From Pseudomonadales bacterium (lineage in GTDB: Bacteria; Pseudomonadota; Gammaproteobacteria; Pseudomonadales; Azotimanducaceae): DNA of 64,000 bases. Numbering within the stretch: the stretch's first letter is position 1; every line of letters begins with the position of its first letter. Below, piece after piece: positions 54,558-63,787 of the stretch. The notes beneath the pieces were generated by a model that was not told the DNA's origin, made no database searches, and saw only the letters and a list, made by a program, of their open reading frames with translations. A program made the position numbers and the translations under genes. Location of the stretch: contig OZ241359.1 in NCBI GenBank assembly GCA_965199705.1, positions 1,183,584 to 1,247,583 of the forward strand, given 5' to 3'.

Positions 54558-55934
54558 TTGAAGACACTGATCTCGACCCTGCTGCTCGGATTGCTGGCCG
54601 CCAGCCCGGTGTTGGCGCAGTCGGAGTCGGCCTATGCGTCCACCTATGCGCCGCGCCCGGCCGAGCCCACCCTGATCCGGTCGGTTTCGGTGCTGACCGG
54701 CGCCGGTGAGAAACTCCTGGATGTCGATGTGCGGCTGGCCGACGGGCAGATTGTCGCGATCGCACCCGATCTTGAAGCCGGACAGGAGCGAGTGCTGGAG
54801 GCGGCCGGCAAGTGGTTGACGCCGGGCATCATCGACGTGCACTCGCATCTCGGGGTCTTTCCGGCGCCCGCTGTACCCTCCACCGCCGACGGCAACGAGG
54901 CCACCCTGCCGAATGGTGCTGGCGTCTGGGCAGAGCATTCGGTCTGGCCCCAGGATCCGCAATTCGGCCATGCCCTTGCCGGCGGCGTCACCACCTTGCA
55001 CATTCTGCCCGGCAGCGCCAACCTGTTCGGCGGGCGTGGCGTCACCCTGAAGAACGTGCCGGCGCGTACGGTGCAGGCCATGAAGTACCCCGGCGCGCAG
55101 CAAAGCCTGAAGATGGCCTGTGGCGAAAATCCGAAACGGGTGTATGGCGAGCAGAACAAGGCGCCGAGCACACGCATGGGCAATGTGGCCGGCTACCGTG
55201 CGGCCTGGGCAGCGGCCCTTGATTACCAGACGGCGCAGCAGCGCTATGCCGATGGCGCCTCGGAGACGCCACCGGCGCGGGATCTGGCGCTTGATACGCT
55301 GGTCGGGGTACTGAACGGCGAGATACTCGTGCAGCAGCACTGCTACCGTGCGGACGAGATGGCGACCATGCTGGCCGTGGCGGCCGAATTCGGTTATCGC
55401 ATTGCCGCCTTCCATCATGCGGTGGAAAGCTACAAGATCGCCGACCTGCTGGCGGAGGCGGGCGTTTGCTCGGCCATGTGGTCGGATTGGTGGGGTTTCA
55501 AGCTGGAAGCCTTCGACGCCATTCCGCAGAACGCCGCTCTGGTGCATGCGGCCGGCGCCTGCGCCGTGCTGCACTCGGATTCTGCCGAAGGCGTACAGCG
55601 GCTCAATCAAGAGGCCGCCAAGGCCATGGCTGCCGGCCTGCGCTCGGGACTGTCGGTCAGCGACGCGGAGGCGATCGGCTGGATTACCCTGAATGCGGCG
55701 CGCATGCTCGGCATCGAGGGGCGAACCGGCAGCGTCGAAGAAGGCAAGGCCGCCGATCTCGTGCTCTGGAACCGCCATCCGCTGAGCGTCTATGCCCTGG
55801 CCGAGCAGGTCTGGATCGATGGCCACCTGTACCTGGATCGTGGCGACCCGGCGCGCCAGCCCCTGCGTGACTTTGATCTGGAACAGACCGCCCAGGGCCG
55901 GCTGGCTCGCGTGTCCCGGCAGGAGCCGCAATGA
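54558..55934 (+). CDS. amidohydrolase family protein (secreted)
   Basis: ORF 54309..55934. The upstream part overlaps the moxR-like gene. A probable TTG start at 54558 gives the signal peptide (M)KTLISTLLLGLLAASPVLAQ. GIIDVHSHLG is the metal-binding HxH motif. Confidence 0.7.
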   Translation: MKTLISTLLLGLLAASPVLAQSESAYASTYAPRPAEPTLIRSVSVLTGAGEKLLDVDVRLADGQIVAIAPDLEAGQERVLEAAGKWLTPGIIDVHSHLGVFPAPAVPSTADGNEATLPNGAGVWAEHSVWPQDPQFGHALAGGVTTLHILPGSANLFGGRGVTLKNVPARTVQAMKYPGAQQSLKMACGENPKRVYGEQNKAPSTRMGNVAGYRAAWAAALDYQTAQQRYADGASETPPARDLALDTLVGVLNGEILVQQHCYRADEMATMLAVAAEFGYRIAAFHHAVESYKIADLLAEAGVCSAMWSDWWGFKLEAFDAIPQNAALVHAAGACAVLHSDSAEGVQRLNQEAAKAMAAGLRSGLSVSDAEAIGWITLNAARMLGIEGRTGSVEEGKAADLVLWNRHPLSVYALAEQVWIDGHLYLDRGDPARQPLRDFDLEQTAQGRLARVSRQEPQ

Positions 55935-57283
55935 ACGCACACCACCCTGAGCTCACTGCATTACCGCGCACTCCGGCAGCCGTCGCGATGCGCGCCAAGG
56001 CAACAACCCGGCGCGCCTGGGCCGGAATGTGGATGGTCGCTGGTCTGCTGCTGGCTGCTCTGGCGCCAGCCTGGACCTGGGCCAAGATCGCCATAGTCGG
56101 CGGCAAGGTACACACCCTCACCGATGCTGGCGTGCGCGAAGGGGTTACCCTGCTGCTGCGCGACGGGCGTATTGAAGCCATCCACAGGCGTCAATCCGTG
56201 CCGCGTGGCTATCTCAGGATTGATGCGACAGACAAGGTGGTCACGCCTGGCCTGATCGAGTCGTTCAGTCACCTCGGGCTGGTGGAAATCAGCCTGGAGG
56301 CAGGTACCGACGACAGCGCCTTCACCGATGCAGAAGGCGTTTTACCGCATCGGGTCGGGCCGTCCCTGGATGTGAGCCTGGCGCTCAATCCGACCTCCAC
56401 GCTGATTCCGGTGAACGCCATGGACGGCGTGCTTCGGGCCATCACCGCGCCCAGGGCCGGGATTGATCCGCTCGCGGGCCTTGCGGCGTCGGTGCGCCTG
56501 GGCCCCGGCGCCTTTCTGCTGCAACCGAGGATTGCCCTGGTGGGCTATATGGGCGCCGAGGCGGCCAGGTTTGCCGGCGGCAATCGAGCAGCGCTGCTCG
56601 GCGGGCTGCATGCTGCGCTGGAGCAGGCGAGCGCCTATAACGCTGGCGGTGGAAGGCTGGATGACGGCGAATACAGCCGCCGTGACATGGCGGCGCTGGC
56701 ACAGTTCATGGCGTCTGGCCAACCACTGCTGCTGCAGGCTGACCAGGCAGCGCAGATCCTGCGTGCGCTTGACCTTGCCGCCGCGCATGGTCGGCAACCG
56801 ATCATCCTGGGCGGCGCCGAAGCCTGGCAGGTGCGCGAACGCCTGGCCGCCGAGAGCGTGCCGGTCATCGTGCGCCCGCACGCGAACCTGCCGCGCAGCT
56901 TCGAGCAGCTCGGCGCTCGCCTGGACAATGCGGCGCTGTTGCACGCCGCCGGCGTGCCGGTGCTCTTTACCGCCGGAAATACGCACAACGCCCGCAATCT
57001 GCGGCAACTGGCGGGCAGTGCTGTCACCCATGGGATGCCTTGGGAGGCGGCTCTGGAAGCGATGACCCGGCGCCCGGCGAGCGTCTGGGGCATGGCCGAC
57101 GTCGGCGTGATCGAGGTTGGCGCAGTCGCCGATCTTGTGATCTGGACCGGCGATCCCCTGGAAGTGACCACCTGGGCCGAAACGGTGGTGATCGACGGCG
57201 AGGTGCTACCTTCGAGGTCTCGGCAGACCGCCCTGTTCGAGCGCTACCGGGATCTCGGTCGGCCCTACGGGTACTACCAGTAG
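55931..57283 (+). CDS. amidohydrolase family protein (paralogue, degenerate metal site)
   Basis: 450-aa ORF. Its ATG overlaps the upstream stop (ATGA). VVTPGLIESFSHLG aligns with the HxH position of the neighbour but lacks the first His. C-terminal ADLVIWTGDPLE motif. Confidence 0.7.
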   Translation: MNAHHPELTALPRTPAAVAMRAKATTRRAWAGMWMVAGLLLAALAPAWTWAKIAIVGGKVHTLTDAGVREGVTLLLRDGRIEAIHRRQSVPRGYLRIDATDKVVTPGLIESFSHLGLVEISLEAGTDDSAFTDAEGVLPHRVGPSLDVSLALNPTSTLIPVNAMDGVLRAITAPRAGIDPLAGLAASVRLGPGAFLLQPRIALVGYMGAEAARFAGGNRAALLGGLHAALEQASAYNAGGGRLDDGEYSRRDMAALAQFMASGQPLLLQADQAAQILRALDLAAAHGRQPIILGGAEAWQVRERLAAESVPVIVRPHANLPRSFEQLGARLDNAALLHAAGVPVLFTAGNTHNARNLRQLAGSAVTHGMPWEAALEAMTRRPASVWGMADVGVIEVGAVADLVIWTGDPLEVTTWAETVVIDGEVLPSRSRQTALFERYRDLGRPYGYYQ

Positions 57284-57428
57284 GTTCATCCGTGCAGCAG
57301 GTTCATCCGCGCCAGGGGACAAGCGCGGCTGTTGCAGCGGACGAACCTGGCGCCTGTCAACTACCGCTCAACCAGGGCGCAGGCTCCTGAGGCAATCTGA
57401 ACTGCGGTCGCCTGGCGCAGCCGTCTGA

Positions 57429-57857
57429 CTAGCCGCTGGACGCTTTGGTGGCGTCGGTGTCTGGGTCCAGCCTGAGAAAACGGCGCGGTGGAAAGCCGGT
57501 CAATACCTTGAACGCCAACCCGTGCCCGTGTTCGGCTTGCAGCCGATCAATTTCGCTGCCGCTGGCCGGCACAGCCTGGTAGGGCGCCGTTGTTCCGTCC
57601 ATCTCCAGCAGGACGCCAGGATTGGCCAGGGCTCGCCGGAACCAGGCGCGCGGCCAGTGGTTGGCGGCCACGAAGAGCTGGCCGTCACTGTCGATGCGCG
57701 AAAGCACTCGGCTGTGCTGCTCGCCGTCGGTTGACCGAGTGATCAGCGTGATGTTGCCCGTACCCGCCGGTTGAAAGTAGCCGAGCAGGGATTCGAATGC
57801 GACCACCATGCCGACATAAGCGATCAAGGGAATCCCCACGAGCTTCAAGACCTTCAT
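57429..57857 (-). CDS. hypothetical membrane-anchored protein
   Basis: 142 aa from ATG 57857 (MKVLKLVGIPLIAYVGMVVAF...): one N-terminal TM helix, then a soluble domain. Function not recognised with confidence. Confidence 0.45.
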   Translation of the reverse strand: MKVLKLVGIPLIAYVGMVVAFESLLGYFQPAGTGNITLITRSTDGEQHSRVLSRIDSDGQLFVAANHWPRAWFRRALANPGVLLEMDGTTAPYQAVPASGSEIDRLQAEHGHGLAFKVLTGFPPRRFLRLDPDTDATKASSG

Positions 57858-57947
57858 CTGCTGCCTGCCCCTTGCGTGCGCCCCTTGTACTGCACGATGC
57901 GCGATTCTGGCCATTGTGCATCAGCGCAGCCACCGTCACAAACCGGG

Positions 57948-58754
57948 CTATGGCGGCTTGACCACTTCGATTCGATACAGCCTCGGCCAGCGTTTGCCGG
58001 TGACGAACAGGGCTTGTTCCTGCGCGTCATAGGCAATGCCATTGAGCACCTGATCGGGGGCGGTGCGGAAGGCCTTGGGCAGAAGCCCGGACAAGTCCAG
58101 CCAGGCGCGCAACCGGCCCTGGGCTGGATCCAGGATGGCGATGCGATCGCTGCCCCAGATGTTGGCGTAGAGATCGTCATTCACCATTTCCAGTTCATTG
58201 ATCCGGTCAATCGGCATCTCGCCGTCGCGCGCTGTCACCCGGTGCGTTTCCTGCAAGCTGTCGAGCGCCAGAAACCGCAGGTGGTGGCTGCCGTCGCTGA
58301 GGATCAAATGGGCGCCGTACCGCACCAGCCCCCAGCCTTCACCGGCATAGTGGAAGGCGCCGGTGCGCGTCAGCGTATCGGCGCGATAGATGAATCCTTT
58401 GCCCGCTCGCCAGGTGAGTTGATAGAGGCGCTCGCCGGCCAGAGCCAGGCCTTCGCCGAAGTACCGCTGCGGCAGGTCGCGGCGTAGTTGAACCCGGCCG
58501 GACGCAAGCGCCACCCGGCGCACCGAGGATTTGCCGTATTCCCCTGTGCTTTCAAACAGCACGCCGTAGCGCACGGCAAGTCCCTGGGTAAAGGCCGCGG
58601 GGTCGTGTGGATAGTGATCGAGCACCCGATACCCGTAAACCGGTGCTTCCGAAGCCAGTGCTGTCATGCAGGCGGCAACCAGAATCGTGCCTGCCGCAAG
58701 CGCCGTCCATCGCCTGAAGCGCATGTCGCCGGATTTTCGAAACCTGGTGCTCAT
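57948..58754 (-). CDS. glutaminyl-peptide cyclotransferase (beta-propeller, plant/bacterial type)
   Basis: ORF 57948..58781. Starts at 58754 or 58724 (MRFRRWTALAAGTILVAACMTALA signal). HDPAAFTQGL...FESTGEYGKSSVRRV...FGEGLA...LYQLTW is the characteristic QC pattern. Confidence 0.8.
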   Translation of the reverse strand: MSTRFRKSGDMRFRRWTALAAGTILVAACMTALASEAPVYGYRVLDHYPHDPAAFTQGLAVRYGVLFESTGEYGKSSVRRVALASGRVQLRRDLPQRYFGEGLALAGERLYQLTWRAGKGFIYRADTLTRTGAFHYAGEGWGLVRYGAHLILSDGSHHLRFLALDSLQETHRVTARDGEMPIDRINELEMVNDDLYANIWGSDRIAILDPAQGRLRAWLDLSGLLPKAFRTAPDQVLNGIAYDAQEQALFVTGKRWPRLYRIEVVKPP

Positions 58755-58870
58755 ATCGTTCTCGGCGCTGAAACTACCCACTCAGGCGCCGGTGTGGCAA
58801 GGTCACCCTCATCGGCACGCCTTGGCGCGAACCCGGGCGTCTCCGCTCGTGCGCCATGTTTTCGTGCGCC

Positions 58871-60826
58871 GAGGCGCTTGCGCTGTTTCTAATTGATTGA
58901 ATGGTTTGATGTTATGTGAGGCGTCGAAAATTTATTCTCCCGGAGAAGCGGGGATTTGGCCCGATTTTGGGGTGTTTCGGCCCGAATTGGCGGATTTTCA
59001 CCCCAAGGTTCGTTGTTGCAGCCGAGGAGGCGGAAGCGCCGGTTGTCATGTGGCAAAATGGTGGTTGTAAATCAAACAATTGCCGACCTTCGAGGTGATC
59101 ATGACAACCGGCCCGAACAATGTACTTTTTTCTTGGGACGCTGTCGAGCCGCTGGCGGATCTGAAACGCCTGTCGATGGTGCTGGAGCACTTGCCGGACG
59201 CGGAGTTGGTTGCGGCGCTTGCGGCGAAGCGGGGTCGGGGCAGGAACGATTTTCCGGTTCGCGCGATGTGGCGCGCCTTGGTGGCGGGGGTGGTTTTCCA
59301 GCACGCCTCGGTGGCGTCGCTGGTTCGGGAGTTGCGCCGCAATCCGTCGCTGCTGTCGGTGTGCGGTTTCAATCCGTTGCCACGGCAGGGCCGCCCGGTT
59401 GCGCGGGTCGAGCGGGACGCGCGCACGGGTCGGTCGGTTGTGGTGCGGGAGGCGGCGCCGGTTTTGCCCTGCGTTCCGAACGAGTGGAACTTCTCGCGCC
59501 TGCTCAGGAACCTGATTGACTTGGAGGACAGGCAGGGGTTGGTCAGCGGCCTGGTGGACGAACTGCGTGGCCGATTGCTGGCGGTGCTGCCGGACTACGG
59601 CGTGCATCTGGGGTGCGACGGCAAGGCGGTGGCGAGCCATTCCACCGGGCGGGTCAACCGCGGCGCCGGGGGTGAGGGTTCGGATCCAGACGCGGATTGG
59701 GGCAAGCACGAAACGCGGGGCGTGGACAAGCAAGGGCGCGCCTGGAGGCGGGTCAAGAGTTGGTTCGGCTACGGTCTGCATCTGATTGCGGACACCCGCT
59801 ATGAGTTGCCGGTGGCCTTTGCGGTGACGCGGGCATCGGCTTCGGAGCAGCCGGTGGTGGGGAAGCTGCTGGCGGAGTTGTTCGAGGCTGAGCCGGGTCT
59901 GGCGCAGCGGTGCCGGGACTTCAGCGCAGATCGGGGCTATGACGGCGGAGCGTTGAAGCAGGCGTTGTGGGACGAGCACGGGATTCGGCCGCTGATTGAC
60001 ACCCGGCTGATGTGGCGCGAAGAGAAGCAGGATCCGAACCACGATCCCGCGCAGCCGATCCTGCGCAGCCTGGCCCCCGAGCGGACGGACAACATCCTGT
60101 ACAGCGAGCGGGGCGAGGTGTCGTGCCGCTGCCCGGCGACAGGGACGGAGCGCCCGATGGCGTTCCAGGGGTTCGAATCGGACCGGGGGACGCTGAAGTA
60201 CCGGTGTCCGGCGGCGGCTTGCGACCTGAAGTGCGAGGGCCGGGCGGCGTGTCTTTCGCAGTCCGGCTCGAAGGCGGGCGACTTCGGGCGCATTGTGCGT
60301 ATCGATCTCAAGCGCGCGAACCGGCGCATCTTCACCCCCACGCCCTGGGGCTCGCCCGCTTGGCGACGCGGCTACAACCGACGCTCGGCACTGGAGCGGA
60401 TCAACGCGCGCCTGGACCGCAGCTTCGGCTTCGAGGTGCATTTCATCCGCGGCCTGGCCAAGATGAAGACACGGATGGGGCTGGCGCTCGCGGTGATGAT
60501 GGCGCTGGCGGTCGCCGCCGTGGTCGAGGGACGAGACGAACGGATGCGCTCGCTCGTGCGCCCGGTCCCGTTTGCAGACACCGGATAGCGCTGCGCCAAC
60601 CCCCAACCGCTCCAACCCGTCCCCTGCCTGCCCCTGGACGCCGCGCCCCTGTCCGCAGCACACCCTTGTTGAGAGCCTTTCTCATCTACCCGCGATCGGC
60701 CCTCGTTCCAACCTCTCCCCAGCACCCCAATCCGCTGCCCCGCCTTCAATCAATCCTCCCGCACTGCCAAATCCGCTCCACTACATCTCCCCATCCCGAC
60801 AAAAATACCCACAGCGCAAGCGCCTC
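58871..60826 (+). mobile_element. Insertion sequence, copy 2 (1,956 bp)
   Basis: Same 16-bp terminal IRs as copy 1. I count six single-base differences from copy 1 by eye. Flanked by direct TGCGCC (58865-58870 and 60827-60832). It sits in the divergent gap between the glutaminyl cyclase and bactofilin genes. Confidence 0.9.
59080..60588 (+). CDS. DDE transposase (IS4/IS5 superfamily)
   Basis: 502-aa ORF differing from the copy-1 product at two residues (NNLLFSW/NNVLFSW and VSSLVDEL/VSGLVDEL). Confidence 0.9.
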   Translation: MPTFEVIMTTGPNNVLFSWDAVEPLADLKRLSMVLEHLPDAELVAALAAKRGRGRNDFPVRAMWRALVAGVVFQHASVASLVRELRRNPSLLSVCGFNPLPRQGRPVARVERDARTGRSVVVREAAPVLPCVPNEWNFSRLLRNLIDLEDRQGLVSGLVDELRGRLLAVLPDYGVHLGCDGKAVASHSTGRVNRGAGGEGSDPDADWGKHETRGVDKQGRAWRRVKSWFGYGLHLIADTRYELPVAFAVTRASASEQPVVGKLLAELFEAEPGLAQRCRDFSADRGYDGGALKQALWDEHGIRPLIDTRLMWREEKQDPNHDPAQPILRSLAPERTDNILYSERGEVSCRCPATGTERPMAFQGFESDRGTLKYRCPAAACDLKCEGRAACLSQSGSKAGDFGRIVRIDLKRANRRIFTPTPWGSPAWRRGYNRRSALERINARLDRSFGFEVHFIRGLAKMKTRMGLALAVMMALAVAAVVEGRDERMRSLVRPVPFADTG

Positions 60827-60908
60827 TGCGCCATGTTTTCGTTGATTCTTCAGTCCCTTGCGGGTTAACATAACGGCTGATTGATTGTCGCATCTGGAGA
60901 ATCCCTGC

Positions 60909-61484
60909 ATGTTAAACAAACGCAATGGCCCCGTCGCCAAGCCCTCCGTGGCGCCAGAACCGACTTCCACGGTCACACCACCGCAGACCGAGGCGGCTGC
61001 CCGGCAATCCGCTCCGTCCGCTGCACCGTCGAATGCTTCGGCACAGATTGGCGCCGGCATCCACATTCGAGGCGAGATCAGCGGCAGCGGCGATGTGGTC
61101 ATTGATGGTTCCCTGGAAGGCGAAATCAACCTGCCCAACAGCAAGGTAACAGTCGGCAAACCATGCCACGCCAAGGGCAGTATCCGGGCAGCCAAGGTGC
61201 TGGTTCAGGGCACTGTCGAGGGTGACATAGCGGCGTCGGAACTGGTGGTGTTGTCGCAGACCGCGAATGTCGAAGGCACCATCAAGGCGCCGCGCGCGGA
61301 ACTGCACAATGGCGGGAGATTCAAGGGCAGTATCGACATGGACGTGTCCCCGGAACCGAAACAGGCGGCTGCCAGGCCGCCGGAGAGGCCTGTGCAGAAG
61401 GCGTCCGCCACGGCACTGAAGACGCAGCAGCGGCAGGCGCCTGCGGCCGTCGATTCCGGGGAGCGAATCGCCGCCAAGGGTTGA
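60909..61484 (+). CDS. bactofilin (polymer-forming cytoskeletal protein, DUF583)
   Basis: ORF 60885..61484. ATG 60909 lies 9 nt after GGAG. The repetitive beta-helix core is IRGEISGSGDVVIDGSLEGEINLPNSKVTVGKPCHAKGSIRAAKVLVQGTVEGDI..., with disordered Pro/Ala-rich termini. Confidence 0.8.
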   Translation: MLNKRNGPVAKPSVAPEPTSTVTPPQTEAAARQSAPSAAPSNASAQIGAGIHIRGEISGSGDVVIDGSLEGEINLPNSKVTVGKPCHAKGSIRAAKVLVQGTVEGDIAASELVVLSQTANVEGTIKAPRAELHNGGRFKGSIDMDVSPEPKQAAARPPERPVQKASATALKTQQRQAPAAVDSGERIAAKG

Positions 61485-61515
61485 GACTGAAGGCGTTTGT
61501 CGGCCGCTGAAAGGC

Positions 61516-62229
61516 ATGGCGACCGAATCCAGCCCGCTGTTGATGGAAGTCTTCCGGCGCGAAGATACGTGCCGGCGCCTGCATGTTCTGGACGTGGGCC
61601 CAGCGGCTGCCGAGACATTCAGTTTTCTTGGCAACATGGATTGCGCCTGCCGTCTGCATGTGGCTGACCTGATCGCCAGCCAGCTCATTCAGGATCAGTA
61701 CGTATTGCAGGAAGACGCCCTGGTGCGCGCGTTCCAGCGGACGCTTGACCGGGTTCACGAGCCGCTGGATGTGGCGCTGCTCTGGGATCTGCCCAACTAT
61801 TTGACGGCGTCGGCGCTCAGCGCATTTGGTCGAGCCCTGGCCCCGCATCTGAACCCGGGCGCCTGGGTGCATGGATTTTGCGTGGTCAAGTCCTTGTCCC
61901 CCACCATGCGCCATCGCTACGGGATCCTGCAGGCAGGTCGGGTGGTGCGCGTTGACACGCCATCGGCGCCTCCGGCAAAGCACCCGCAGCTACGCAGCAC
62001 GCTGGTTCGGGCGATGCCGTTTCTGGACATGGTGCGCGGCGCCCTGCGCAGTGAAGGGCGCATGGAAGTGCTGTTGCGGCGAAACCAGGCGAGCGCCCGA
62101 GCCTCTCGGGACGAACTCTCCATCGAGCAGGCTGTGGATCGGGATATGGCCGTCATGGCGTCCACTGCGCTACCGCAACGGGCGAAGCGCGAGCTGGATC
62201 CGGCCTATATCGAAGCGCAGGCCCGGTAA
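61516..62229 (+). CDS. hypothetical protein
   Basis: 237-aa ORF 31 nt after the bactofilin gene, with GC3-rich codon usage like its neighbours. No motif recognised. Confidence 0.5.
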   Translation: MATESSPLLMEVFRREDTCRRLHVLDVGPAAAETFSFLGNMDCACRLHVADLIASQLIQDQYVLQEDALVRAFQRTLDRVHEPLDVALLWDLPNYLTASALSAFGRALAPHLNPGAWVHGFCVVKSLSPTMRHRYGILQAGRVVRVDTPSAPPAKHPQLRSTLVRAMPFLDMVRGALRSEGRMEVLLRRNQASARASRDELSIEQAVDRDMAVMASTALPQRAKRELDPAYIEAQAR

Positions 62230-62233
62230 GCGA

Positions 62234-63673
62234 TCACGGGAGCCTTCGAGTACGCTTCCAGAGGGTGCCGTCGCGCCTGTCTTCCAACTCGATTCCAGCG
62301 TCTCCCAGGCGATCCCGGATGCGGTCGGCTTCGGCAAAGTCGCGCGCCTTGCGCGCCTCCGAGCGTGCCGCAATCAATGCTTCTATGTCTGCATCGGACA
62401 ACACTGCCTCGCTGATGGCATCCGAATCGGTGCAGCCGCGAGTCGCTGGCGCATCGTGAAAGTGGTCTGCCGGTCGTCTGGTCAAAAGGCCCAGCAGCGC
62501 GCCACCGGCGCGCAATTGCCGACGCAGGTCCCGGCGCGCTGCTGCGTCGGTTGATCGGTTCAGGTCGCCGGCCAGCCCATGCAAGGCTGCGAGCGCGGCT
62601 GGCGTATTGAGATCGTCTTCCAGGGCATCAAGCACTGAGGCCGGCGCCTGGTCGGATGCGTCTGCGTCTCTGCCTGAATCTGGCGTGGCCGACGCATCCT
62701 GGAGGCCCTGGTAGAGCCGGTCCAGGCTGCGCCCGGCTTGCTCCAGCAGCTCGTCCGACCATACCAGCGTCGAACGATACTGGCCGGAGAGCAGGGCGTA
62801 GCGCAGTGTTTCTCCGCCATGGCGCTGCAACAGGTCGCGGATGGTCACGATATTGCCCAGTGACTTGGCCATTTTTTCGCGGCCAAGCGTCAACATGCCA
62901 TTGTGCATCCAGTAGCGCACGCAATCCGGCTCGGCGTGGGCGCAGCGTGATTGCGCCAGTTCATTCTCGTGATGCGGAAAGGTCAGGTCCGCACCGCCGC
63001 CGTGAATGTCGATCACCCGCCCGAGGTGCGCGTGGATCATGGCGGAGCATTCGATGTGCCAGCCGGGTCGCCCTCGGCCCCACGGGCTTGGCCAGCCCGG
63101 TAGTTGCGCCGACGAGGGCTTCCACAGCACAAAGTCCTTCGGGTCTTTCTTGAAGGGCGCCACCTCGACCCGGGCGCCGTCGATCATGTCCGCCAGCGTG
63201 CGCCTCGACAGGCTGCCGTAGGCCGGGTCTGCAGCTACATGAAACAGAACGTGTCCCGCCGCTTCGTAGGCGAATCCCCGATCTATCAGGGTTTCGATCA
63301 TCGCCAGTATTTCCGGGATGTGCGCGGTAGCCTTCGGTTGCAAGGTCGGCGGGCGAACCCCAAGCGCCTGCATGTCTTCGTTGTAGGCCGTGCAGTAGCG
63401 CTCTGCCAAGGCAGAAATCGGTTCCCCATTGGCGGCAGCGGCGGCATTGATCTTGTCGTCCACGTCCGTGATGTTGCAGACGTACGCCACCTCCGGGTAG
63501 CGCAGCTCAAGCAGGCGTCGAAGCACATCGAATACCACCGCCGGGCGGCCATTGCCGATGTGCGCAAGGCCATAGACGGTCGGGCCGCACACATAGACAG
63601 TGACGCGGTTCGGGTTGCCGGGCCGGAACAGTTCCTTGCGGCCACTGGCGCTATTGTGCACCCTGAGTGTCAT
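62234..63673 (-). CDS. cysS: cysteine--tRNA ligase
   Basis: ORF 62234..63694. ATG 63673 (MTLRVHNSASG...). Class I signatures HIGN (HIGH) and KMAKSLGN (KMSKS). Confidence 0.9.
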   Translation of the reverse strand: MTLRVHNSASGRKELFRPGNPNRVTVYVCGPTVYGLAHIGNGRPAVVFDVLRRLLELRYPEVAYVCNITDVDDKINAAAAANGEPISALAERYCTAYNEDMQALGVRPPTLQPKATAHIPEILAMIETLIDRGFAYEAAGHVLFHVAADPAYGSLSRRTLADMIDGARVEVAPFKKDPKDFVLWKPSSAQLPGWPSPWGRGRPGWHIECSAMIHAHLGRVIDIHGGGADLTFPHHENELAQSRCAHAEPDCVRYWMHNGMLTLGREKMAKSLGNIVTIRDLLQRHGGETLRYALLSGQYRSTLVWSDELLEQAGRSLDRLYQGLQDASATPDSGRDADASDQAPASVLDALEDDLNTPAALAALHGLAGDLNRSTDAAARRDLRRQLRAGGALLGLLTRRPADHFHDAPATRGCTDSDAISEAVLSDADIEALIAARSEARKARDFAEADRIRDRLGDAGIELEDRRDGTLWKRTRRLP

Positions 63674-63787
63674 TGGCTGTCCAGCTTCGTCCACCGAGGC
63701 CGGGGATCGCCCGTCATCACCGAGTTGCAGCCGAGCCGCAAGCGAGACCAGAGCGGTGTGATGCGCCCGCCAGCATGAATCCAGACC

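Noticed and set aside
57309-57392. Third copy of the MITE-like repeat in the convergent gap after the second amidohydrolase gene
   Set aside because: Only the terminal ~13-14 nt (GCGCAGGCTCCTG) match, and the rest is unrelated. A separate 8-bp inverted repeat (GCGCCAGG/CCTGGCGC) is present, but its loop is too long to call it a terminator confidently.
6342-60826. The two IS copies plus intervening DNA as a composite transposon
   Set aside because: Each copy has its own flanking direct repeat, and the outermost flanks do not match each other. The 50.6-kb interior contains core genes (korAB, nadA, nudC, bepA-like) and spans a compositional junction.
61516-62229. Functional call (methyltransferase-like) for the gene downstream of bactofilin
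   Set aside because: I found no SAM-binding GxGxG motif or other signature. It is kept as a hypothetical protein.
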